A DNA stretch of 63,994 nt, the filler included, from Streblomastix strix (lineage: Eukaryota), in NCBI GenBank assembly GCA_008636045.1. It is 3 parts of 3 records of this genome, joined end to end, with 100 filler letters (N's around TTAATTAATTAA, not from the genome) between each part and the next. Parts side by side here need not be neighbours in the genome. Positions count along the whole stretch, not along the records: positions 1 to 21,852 come from SNRW01000349.1; 2 more parts are not named here. One strand, given 5' to 3'. Positions 10,953-21,952 of the stretch are shown here, piece after piece; position 1 is the first letter of the stretch, and each line of letters opens with the position of its first letter. A program made the translations under genes and the position numbers. The notes beneath the pieces are model-generated. The model did not search any database. It was not told the origin of the DNA and worked only from the letters and a program-made list of their open reading frames with translations.

Positions 10953-11973
10953 ATGACATTATAAGAATTATAAGATATAACGTTTACTAATCAAGATCTA
11001 TTGAACGAATATAAAACTAAGCCATTAACGAAGAATTCTTTGTTTCATGTTAATGACAATCATTATATTATTGGAGCTGTTGGAAGTGGTAAAACAACAT
11101 TAATGTGTAAGATAGTTGTGATATATAAGAAAATTATTGATCTATTTATATTGTACTTCTTGAATTACGGAGCAGATGAAACTATGGCATTAAACCTAAA
11201 CAGTAAGAACATTTAACTAATGAATGTAACTTATGGAGAAGCAATGATATTTCTACCTGAATTTTATAAGATAAAATACTCAACTAAGGAGATGTACATT
11301 TAGTACAAAAAGAATGAATAAAAATAATCTTATACTAGCGATTTCACTAGGCGAATGGAAGAATAAATTTTATAAGCTAATGAGATTAAAAAGAATGAAA
11401 AACTTAATGATTATCTTAATAGAATTGCTGAAATATTCAAATAAAAAGTAATCGGAACCATTAATAAATATAGTTAACCTACCAAGATATTGTGATTCGA
11501 TATCCCTGCACTAATTCAAAATGTTAGTTACTAAATGAAATTCAAAATTACGAAAGACGAATAAAATGCTGACTTAAAAAATAATTAAAATACCTATATT
11601 AGAATAAGCTTAATTACTCCATACATTAATGCTCTTCGATGATATTGGATCTAATGCAGATATCTAACGATTCAATTCTTAATTATCTAAAACAATAACA
11701 TGTCTCGTTAGTGATTCCCGTCATTCAAAAAATACTATTTTCTTTATCGCTTAACGTCCAACTTATTTGTTTAAAACAACGAGGATATTAACCCATGTAA
11801 TTTGCTTAGGCGTAAATCTTGGTTAAAGTGACCTAAGCTAAGTGTACAATGAAAATATTATATAAAATTTGGATTTTGATGGGTTCCAATTACTATACAA
11901 TACATTTAAGAAATATGAGTTTATCATACTGAATAAGTGGTTAAGGAAATTTGAGATTCTCAAAAATAAATGA
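10953..11973 (+). pseudogene. A32-like (FtsK-HerA) genome-packaging ATPase; one TGA (11493) and one frameshift
   Basis: Walker A IIGAVGSGKTT, Walker B LMLFDD, and the A32 signature SRHSKNTIFFIAQRPTYLFKTTR. Confidence 0.9.
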
Positions 11974-11999
11974 AAAATCAAGCTATTGAGTCATCGGAA

Positions 12000-14900
12000 A
12001 TGGCATTTTTGGTAAAAAAGTAATCCTTAGCAGTTAATCCATACATAAATAGACAGCATGATTGATTCTCTAATACTATAATTTTTGTATGAATTTCAGT
12101 GATTCCGTTTTTCTCAATTGATAATTAACTCATCTAATGATTCTTCTATCCCAATCTCATATTAGTGCATTTAGTTATCTTACCTTCATCAATGCAATCA
12201 GCAATCTAGTCTTTAATGATCTTATTAGTCTTTTAATTAACTCCTTTCAATTTTATTTTTGAACCATCGCAATAATTCTTGAAAATGATATAATTTTTAG
12301 GAGCTAATGCAATCGTTGATGGACCTTGTCGTTCTATTGCTAATCCAAGGATTTTCTTCTCATCATAAACGTCTTGTCTAATCGAAGGGATGAAATACTT
12401 AGCATTTTCATAATAAAATTCTCGATCATTAATTACAGCATTAAATTACTAAGTAAAATGTTCATTATGATTTCTACTAATTGCCCAATAAGCTGAATCA
12501 ATATCTCCTTCAATAAAATGTATCCTATTCATATCAAAGCATTTGCACATGAAGTTATATATGAAGTTTAGATACCAATATTTAGCATTATCTAATACAA
12601 AGAACGCCACTTATGAAGGAGTATTACAATTGCAATGCTCAGCATTCATTTATACAATATAGTTGTCTTCAGATATCTTTTGTTCGTCCATGAACGCATT
12701 AGATCTAATTGCTCTTTCTGTTTACTTCTTATTCATCATTTTAAATTTATGATATTTCTCTGTATTCATTCTATCAATACCATATGAGCTATTCGTAACT
12801 ATCTAAAAGAACTATCCTTTTCCTTTATTTTCATCTAATTTTGCAATAATTTTGTTTTTGTAAATTTTTTAATAAATGAATTGAATTAATCATGTTTATT
12901 GAACAGAATTGTCTATTTCATATCATCTATAATAAAATGACAATCAACAATTAAGAACCATAAATAATATGAATTAAATGCCATATATTCTCCCGCCGTT
13001 GATGATAGATTAGTCAACTTTCTTTATTTTTGATCAGTCCATATCTTAATATCTTTCATATGATTGAACATATAATATCCAATAGTTCTTTAATCAGTTG
13101 TGAATTCATAATTCTTTAGAATAGGGTAGAAGTTAATATAATAATTAAGGTAATTCTCATCAATGTGACGTTTAACTTCAGCAATGAATAATTAACCATC
13201 TTCTGTAAATCTCTTTTTGCTATTAATCATTCTTAATATAGTTTATTTTGAATGTTCAGTGTTAGCAGAGCTCAAACCTTCGGTTTCTCCAATAATCTTA
13301 CCTGTTTATGATCCACACATATACATTTTGCCTCCAGTATATTTTATAAATTTATGGGGATCAGATGACATAACACTAGGATATAAGGAATTAAAATCAA
13401 TTCCAACCACATGAGTTATTCTGTGATCAGTTATTAAAACTGCGACTTTCTTATTTTCTTTATCATACCATAATTATTTTATAAAATCAACTCCTGATAC
13501 ATTAACTCGATGCATTACATTTGATAATCCTCCTGTTATCCCCGATCTGATAAAATGATATACATCAATATATATTAAATTAGTTGGCAAACATCTTATC
13601 ATACAATATTTACGTAATTGTATGAATAATTATCCTATATTTTTGTCTTTATCCGAACAGAAGCAATTGCAATTTAAACAACAAGGTTGAACATTATCTT
13701 TTGAATGACCTTTTGAATTATCTATTCTGTCTAGAGTTGGTTTATTAGAAATTGTGAATTTACATCCACAAATGCTGCAATTGGAATCTTTGAATAATTA
13801 TTTGAAATATTCGAAATCACTATCTTATACATTATTTGTTGTGTATCTTTTTTTATGTTTATCTTACGATAGATATCCATTCACTTTACTTTACCAATAG
13901 TACTCTGTTAAATAAAATTTTTATGATTAATCTTCAAAATTAGGATATAATCCATTAATATTAAAATCCTTATAGGCTTTAGCATATTTGATAGCATTAG
14001 AGCATGCAGCCATACTCATAAAACTAAACATATCAATCTTATATTTAAATTGTAAGCTAATTAGAGTCATTAATGGCTTAACCATTATATATGTATCTTA
14101 TTCATTAAAGTATTGTAGATAATCCCATCTATTTTTAAATCGCTTTGCATCTTCTAGACAAATTTAATAATCCTTTTAACTAATTTTTGTCCTCTTTAAT
14201 GATGAATTGAAATATTCCATCGTAAACGGTTCTGATTTACTTAATACTTCATTAACGTTCTCGGTATTGAAAGATTCATAAGGAAATATCCCTTTCTTAT
14301 CATCGTAACCATCTCCAAAATCTTTTGCTGCTTACCTTAATTCCATAGGTTAAAGATATGTTAACATGTCAACAAATTTCACTTTCAAATTCAATTTTTT
14401 AAGATGTACTATAATTAACTTAGCTGTTGATGGGCTACCAGTATAATTAGTGATTGTCCAATCTTTACATTACATATATTATATAATTAATGACATATCA
14501 AATCTTGAGCTATTGAATCCTACTATTAGTACTTCAATTGAATAAGGAATTGTTTCATCAATGGTGCAGGCTTCTGTTATATATTAGTTGTCAGCATTAA
14601 CTTACTCAGCTTCTTTAAACAATTAATTTAGCCATTTCACTATAAAATCATCTCCATCCTATTAGTTAAAGAAGATTTTCTTAATCCCTTATTTGTTACG
14701 AATAGCTGCTGCAACTGATAAAGGAAAGTAGTTCATACATTTAATAACTTGATTTACCGAACTTTTTATTAACGCTTTTAGGAATTATTTCAAAATCATA
14801 TGTGATGATGTATTGCGTTGGTTTAAACTCATGTCATTTTCTATTTGCTTATAGATATTGATAAGTTTTATTCTACATAATGTGTGGAACAAATGGCTTT

Positions 14901-16530
14901 TAGATATAATCAAGTTTAACTTTCTTAACTATTTTTCCTTCGTTATTTTCACATTTAATAGTGAGTTTCTCATAGTCTCTTGAGCAATTTTTATCTTAAG
15001 GATTGAATGCTTTTGAGTTACAATGTGGGCAAAATTTCAATCCAGTTAATGCTTGTTTATTGGCTGTGGCAAATGCATGTGATATCTTATTCCCTTCATA
15101 AATAAATTCAACAACTAATATATCGATAGTCTTAATCTCTTAAAGTAAGATTGTTTTGTTTTCTTGAGCAGAGTTCAGACCTTCGGCATCTAACATTTCA
15201 TCTTTATATACTACTTTCATTCCTCTACAATAATTCTTATGTTCATTATCGTAATAGTAAATGTCTTAGTTAATTTTTAACTTTAATGATACTATATTAG
15301 CCTATTTAGTTATATCTAATCCATCAAATGTCTTTAATAAATCAGTCATTTTCTACTCTTTGAATCGAATAGTAGCTCTAATACTTAAATTAATGGTTGC
15401 TTGCTAATGCTAATAATTTCATTAGTACAATAATGTTTCTCCTTTGAATCAGGATGTAATGCTTTTGTTATTGCTTCCATATAGCAATTATTATTATTTC
15501 TTGTATTTTTATAAATAACATTTTTGCGACAATTACAATGAAAATCGATTAATTCTTTAATATTAGCTCCAAAAATTTATGGTTAAAAATTAAATGTTTT
15601 AATCATCATCGAATAGATAGCTATGTATCGTTACCTTATACTATCTAATGTATAATTCTGCATATTTACTATTGCAGATTGAATGTATTATTCATACTCA
15701 TCAATATCATCTTCAGATTATATAACTTTAGGAGCATGTTCTTGAATACGAGTATCTCTAGGTAATATATATCCTTAATCAACGTAAACTTAATCATTCT
15801 ATTCATATTTATATTCTTCGTAAATGACTCTAAAATTTAATTGAATCTTGAATGATTAATGATGTTATTCTTTATAAACTTTTTCAATAAACTACTCAAT
15901 ATTTGTTACTGATCTTATAATATTTTAGTAATGCAATTGGCTTAATTATCCATTTGGTTCTTCTTATTCTACTGTATGTTCACGATCAAATCCTTATCTT
16001 GCAGTATAAACTGTTGCCATAAATTATTCCATATTCTCAGGAAGAAAATATAAAAGAGTACCTGCGTCATTATCTATTTCTTTAGTGTCTTTTCCACTAA
16101 ACTAATTAATTCTATCTTTAATCTCTTTATTTTGCTTGGCAGTTATTTAGTATTGAAGATTCACCTCTTATTCTTCTTCCATTATTCTTCTAGCTTATTC
16201 TTACTCTTCTATGATATAATTAGTCCAGAAATCATTAGCTTATTATCACTCTTATTCTCTACGATATTCATATAAATCCTATTCATATTAATTCTATTTG
16301 AAATGTTAAACCAGATCTTTAGATTTGATAATTTACTGATTGTATTTATAAACTTATTTTAGATGAGTTTTCAAATCCTTGTTGTTATTTCTTCCTCTCT
16401 TCTTATAATTAATTTTGTCTAAATATTCATTGAGTTAATCTTTAAGTTAGTTTACCTTTAATGTATCATTAATGTTTTTGTTGTTGATTTTGAGTAGTTT
16501 AATTAGCTCATCTTTCTTTATGTATGATAT
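12000..16530 (-). pseudogene. polB: Protein-primed family B DNA polymerase: TP-like region, vOTU-like domain, Zn finger, exonuclease, HNH insert, polymerase; frameshifted
   Basis: TYDFE (Exo I), GFNSSRFD (Exo II, ~14510), KGIFPYE, DFNSLYPS (~13390), NSSYG (~12787), GDIDS (~12500; canonical DTD). The start codon appears mutated; ends approximate. Confidence 0.95.
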
Positions 16531-16565
16531 TTTGCTTAAAATAAAAAATAATTTATTTGGACATA

Positions 16566-18034
16566 TCAATAAAATTATATCTCGAGAAGTAAATTATTAT
16601 ACATATCCATATATTGCATTGGTATCTTTCTTCCAAAATTATCGTATAATGTAAAAACTAACGATTTGTTCTATCTCACAAGGCATTATTGACTCATCAT
16701 ATTCTATCCCCATAATACTGGTGCATCAACCAAATTCTATTTGAAACATAGGTTCGAGAATCCATTACCTCCAGTTTATTATAGAGTTATTCATAATAAT
16801 TAATTAGATACGCAAATTATAAGCATTCATGGATACTCTAGAAAATTCCCGATATATGGACAGAATATTGGAAGATCAACATCTAAGCTTTCATTATCAT
16901 GTTTAGTTTAATAGAACCACACTTCGAGATCAATTTATTTAATAGCTGCTGACAAATTAACTAAACAATTGGCTCCATTTACGTTCTATCCATCATATAG
17001 ATCTTATCCACCAACTAATTGTACGTATAGATTTGGAGATAAAAGTATATGATTAGAAAACCAATAAACATTATTTTACTAACAATATTCAGTTACAACT
17101 TATGGAATGAGTTTTCCATAGTAATTTGTTCTTCCAACAGCAGTATAAATATTTTACCATTCAACAGTACTAAATGCTGGTAATGAATTGATAATTCTTA
17201 CTTGAAATGTGCAATATAATTGATAATTTATTACATTGTTAATTGTTATTCATTAATTGGTTAAGAGTCAGATGTAGTAACTGTTCCATTAGCATTTATA
17301 TCAACTTACTTACCAAAAAGATATCTTATTGATAATCTATTACCTTATGTAAAATGTTTAGGTTCAATTGATGTTATGTAGTTATTTGATGTTGGAGAAT
17401 ATAATCGTATTAATTCAATCATTCGATATAGCTCATTAACTGTAGTATCTAAAATCCAATAATGATAGAGAAATGCATCAATTCTAAGGTTAATAGAATT
17501 GATTGCTGAATTCACTAAATCTTATCCATAATTCTAGTTTAATGAGAACATATTATTTTATAATTTTTATACATACTCGTTAATTGCATTATTAAAGCAT
17601 ATTGCTCCACTATTCAAAGTTGATTAAGTCCTAAAATTTTTCTCAATTGTATCTGTAAAATTATCATATTATGTCAGTGTTAGGAATAGTAATTATGGAG
17701 TATATTTATATCTTTATATTGTTTGATCACTATTATAAGCATTATTAATTGCTGTATTCAAACTGATACGTAATGGTGGTAATCTATCCAGCAATTAGCA
17801 ATGAAACTGATCCTCTCCAACTTACTATTAGAAATAAATTTTCCTTGAATCAGTTGATACTGTATTATGCTATATTTCTATGTAATCATTGTTCAAATAA
17901 GATGTCAAATAAATTAGAATGTTATTGATACTATTAACTTAAAAGCTTTAACTGCCTCTAGGGATAGTCGTTTACTATGTTACGAAATCCTTATCTGAAT
18001 GAGAGTTGATAATTTGAAAGCCGATGTTAGTCAT
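16566..18034 (-). pseudogene. Minor capsid (penton) protein, frameshifted
   Basis: N-terminus ...SFQVNSINNI...NDYIEI and C-terminus LVFTLYDNFGRKIPM...LLLEIQFY* fit the penton single jelly-roll pattern (L.D..G..I). Confidence 0.7.
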
Positions 18035-18094
18035 TTCATTAAAACAAAAATAAATCCAAAGGAATCCGAGCAAAGCTTGGCGGATCGAAGATCT

Positions 18095-18319
18095 TCATGC
18101 TCTTTCATTTAAATATTATATCAATTTCATTATTGCAGATTGACTATTCTCAGATGCTATTCATACAATATCTTTTAACTGTTCCATTTTAAGACGTTTA
18201 TTGTATTATCTTAATATAAATCTCAATTCTATCTCGGGATCATTCTTAGTTGCTCGTGATATAACTTAACTTAAAAACGCTGAGTAAGTCATAAATTCAT
18301 CACAATTTATTTTTGTCAT
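18095..18319 (-). CDS. Small viral hypothetical protein with one internal TGA
   Basis: MTKINCDEFMTYSAFLSQVISRATKNDPEIELRFILRQY... Confidence 0.5.
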
Positions 18320-18478
18320 ACTTTTAATCTAGAAAAATAATTTCATTTCAACAAAATAATTATTAACAAAATGCTTGAAATGATAATCATAATGTCCCAA
18401 CATATTGGCTTACATTTAATAGGTTATTATTTTGTTTCCATTTGTTTATTACTAAAATACTAATTATCTATAATTAAA

Positions 18479-19554
18479 ATGTCAAAACGTGAAACTTAAA
18501 AAGGTAAATTAGTTGAGACCGTAGGTCTGAGCTCCGCTAAAACAAAACGACCCAAAGGACAACCTAAGAATAAATCAACTGCAAATAATGTAAACGAATA
18601 TTTGAAATTAAAGAAACCTTTCACACATTTAGGGCAAACTGTTAATCCCTTAAATATAGCAAAAGTTCCATAAATTTTATTGAATTTAGGAAAATATGAG
18701 TAAACATAAGGTAGAATGAAATAATCTGATTATTCAGCTTTATTAAGATAGGTACATCAAATAGATAATAGTGTTTCAGCTTATGAAGCTGATGTTGGAA
18801 TTCAAGGATTAAAAGGCACTGTTAGAAGAGAAAGAATATATGGATCTTTTGACCCAACAGGATTAGTTGCTGATGCTATTTAAACATAATAATTGGTGTA
18901 GAAAATTTTGGCACCATAATAATTATAATCATTATAAGAAGCCAATTTCAATCATAATTTAAACATCAATGATCGATTAGATTAACCATCATAACGAGGA
19001 CCAAGTAATATTGGACCATCAGCCCCTGATCATAGTATAGATGAAAGTGATGATGAAAGAATGGAATTATTTGGAGGATATAATCGTTACTAAATATAAC
19101 CATAATAAGATTTAAATCCTTACTCTCAAAATACAGATTAATAAATTGATTTTGCTTCATAAATTGATGCAACATAGGAAGATATCGAAGATGAAAAGGA
19201 GGAGGTTTAAGAAGAATAAGAGCATGAAGAAGATATTGTCCAAACAAATAGAGAATTATAATATGTAAGAGGATTAAATTGGGGATAAGAACCAGTGAAT
19301 CCTCACTATAATAAAAGACCATTTGCATAAATAATCGATTTTAGCTATAGAGAAATCGATTAATGATTATCAATATATGCAAAAAAATAACATATGACGG
19401 AGGAGGAATTAGTAAACTAACCAAAAAAGTAGAAAAAATATATATCAAATAAAGAATTGAAGAGTACATTAAAAACATAATAAAAACTTAGCGGAGATCA
19501 AACCAAAGGTTTCAAAAAATAAATTAGACGATAATCACACAAGAAATGAAATGA
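18479..19554 (+). pseudogene. Viral hypothetical protein with basic N-terminus (possible core protein), frameshifted
   Basis: MSKRETQKGKLV[ETVGLSSA]KTKRPKGQPK...; contains two copies of the 24-bp element. End approximate. Confidence 0.55.
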
Positions 19555-19806
19555 TCAGAGATTGGGATCTTCAATTATTTGAGAAATTTATTCTAAAATA
19601 TCATCTGATATTATTGTTTTATTAAATATATACATTATTCTCGATTACTAAATAGAGAGTTATTCTTTAAATTATTTTTACTTTAAACGTTACCTCTTCT
19701 TAGCTTCACCACGTTATTTCTTAGCCATTTCTTACGCTTCCTATTCAGTAAAATATTTCTTTGTTCTTCCAACTTTTTAAGTTTGTTTTAAGTTTTCTGT
19801 GTCCAT
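19555..19806 (-). CDS. Small basic putative DNA-binding protein (83 aa)
   Basis: MDTENLKQTQKVGRTKKYFTEQEAQEMAKKQRGEAKKRQR...: a GRxKKY motif followed by a basic helix. Confidence 0.65.
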
Positions 19807-19826
19807 TTATTTATCTAGAAAAAATA

Positions 19827-20990
19827 TCAAACTAATTTGAAAATTTACTTATATTTATCTTTTAATGTTTCAATATTGTTTGCAACCTTATGAATATAAT
19901 AAATTGGTACTTCAACAATCTTAATATCATTATATGGTTTCAACAGTTCACAAAGAACATTTCCATGCTCATTTTTTATAAAAGTTGCTATTTCATTAAA
20001 TTATCTTCGTTATTTCTCAAATCCGTGTGCTGTCTTTTTCAAATCAAGATGAATAGTTATTATATTACCTTTCTTTAGATCCTATAGATTATCCTTATAC
20101 TGTAATTCCTTTGCATCAGCTAATTCCTTAATTTTTTATCTAATAAATATTCCTTCTAAATCTTCATTATCATTTACTTATTTAGGAGAGAATTTCTTTT
20201 TAAATGCTGCGTGTATTGTGTTATTTAAATCATAAACAACTTATTATAATTTTTTATTATTTGCCAATAGTTAAGAATCATTTTCAAACGCATTCCTTAT
20301 CGTTCTAACTACCGAATCAGCTACTCTATTTTTATTAACGAAAGGAGATGAATTATAGAAATAATTTATGTCATTTTCTTTTAAATAATCCTTAATTTAT
20401 TTACTTCCCAAAGCTGATTCACCATCTGATCTAATGTTACTAACAAGTTAATTAGATTTTAATTATTTAATATACTTCAATAATTCATTTGCTGATTTAT
20501 CTTTAATTGAATAAACTTCTAAATGTTTAGTTTTAATATTAATACAAAATAGAAATTATTGAATTACTTTATTAATTGTTGGGTGCATTATAAATATAAT
20601 ATCAATTTCCAAGCATCATAATTCTGGAGAGAAGTATGGACGTTAATACTTCTTTAATAGTTTCAATTTAATGTCTTGTACTATATCAAATTTATCTTTA
20701 ACTTTACTTCTAAATGGATTCTTAATTCTTTATGGTTCTTTTTAAACATTTGTTTTTTAAGGCTTTACGTTTGATTTTATTCGTTCAGCATGATACTTTT
20801 AAAAATTATCAAGAAAAATCTTATACCACTAAGAAATAGTTTTATCTTCGAACTATTCCTCCAAATTATTGATGTTGAATTACTTTTTAAATACAAAATT
20901 CATATTCATAATGAAATCCGCTAATTTAAATTTATCAACTTTGAACGCTTTATCATCTATAAATTATATAATTTATTTTTAAACAGCTGA
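19827..20990 (-). pseudogene. Retroviral-like (RVE) integrase; internal TGA at 20616 and a frameshift
   Basis: RPYFSP...EIDI (D ~20602), FLFCINI.TKHLEVYSIKDKS, IRSDGE (D ~20425), NRVADSVVRTIRN (D ~20317). Start approximate. Confidence 0.9.
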
Positions 20991-21511
20991 ACGATAAAAA
21001 TAAAGGGAGAGGAATTTTGCGGTGATTGTGAGTTTATCTGACAAATTAGTTCATGTTATTTTACGTCTAAGAGTTGCTGCTATATTTCGGATACAAATCT
21101 AAATTTCATACCACATTCTATACACAAGATATGCACCAAATAAATAAAGATCGTTCTACACCTTTACATTCTATTTATTTTTCTATTTTTATTGTCGTAT
21201 TTGTTGTATACATACAAATATAGTACAATTTTATTTATATTCGCATACATTAATACTATTTTCGCTAAAGAAAAATATGCCAATCAGTAATTACCGCGTC
21301 ACTCACACCAGACAATTTTTTGACCATTTCCTATTGTTTACAATTATATATAAGATGCTCAAGTGCACTTTTTTATCACGGTATTTTTAGATTATTTCTT
21401 TTCGCTGGCACTATGCTTCACGAAATTCGCTTTGTTTAAAAAAATATTATTTTCATACACATTTGGATTAACACTTATATTTCTTTATTTTTTAATTCAG
21501 AAACAATTTTT

Positions 21512-21852
21512 ATGCTGAAGAAGAGTGATTGTATGAAATTTACTTTGTTTCTTTTCCATAATTTTCTATTTTTCTTTTTATTTTTTATAGACCGCGTTGT
21601 TCGTGCGCTTGGACATGGTGGATTTGGATCAGCATTTTAAGTAACCGAGATAGCTTCAGGAAAACAACTCGTATGGAAAAAGATGGCAATTGCTAATAAA
21701 GATGATAGAAGAATGGCGCTTGCTGAAGCCGAAATGCTTCGAAACAATAAAAGTGATTACTTAGTTGAGTATTACGGATCGTTTGAAGACGAAAGTGAAT
21801 TCTATATTTTGATGGAATACTGTGATAAAGGTGATCTTCGTAAGTACATTAA
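21512..21852 (+). CDS. Host NEK-family kinase, 5' part, with intron 21531-21590; truncated by the gap
   Basis: MLKKSD^YRVVRALGHGGFGSAFQV...VWKKM...EAEML...YYGSFED...YILMEYCDKGDL; 60-nt GT-AG intron. Confidence 0.9.
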
Positions 21853-21952
21853 NNNNNNNNNNNNNNNNNNNNNNNNNNNNNNNNNNNNNNNNNNNNTTAA
21901 TTAATTAANNNNNNNNNNNNNNNNNNNNNNNNNNNNNNNNNNNNNNNNNNNN
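21853..21952. other. Artificial contig spacer
   Basis: N-run with a central TTAATTAATTAA, 100 nt. Confidence 0.97.

Larger units (their letters stand above)
1040..21300. mobile_element. Polinton/Maverick-like endogenous dsDNA virus (metamonad type), ~20 kb, decaying
   Basis: Intron-less, densely packed genes for pPolB, RVE integrase, A32 ATPase, MCP, penton and fibres, flanked by host kinase genes. Boundaries are approximate; no TIR/TSD was recognised. Confidence 0.93.

Noticed and set aside
8542..20618. Several in-frame TGAs at apparent Gly positions (8542, 9609, 11493, 20616, also ~55618), suggesting TGA=Gly
   Set aside because: The same genes have frameshifts, other TGAs appear to replace Trp, Cys or Arg, and TGA ends the genes. 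GGA-to-TGA decay is simpler.
21000..21320. Possible right TIR of the contig-1 virus
   Set aside because: Only short, weak matches to 1040-1600 were found by eye; no TSD.
21853..21952. TTAATTAATTAA palindrome inside N-runs (also 43793-43892)
   Set aside because: Identical 100-nt artificial spacers; no linkage can be inferred across them.
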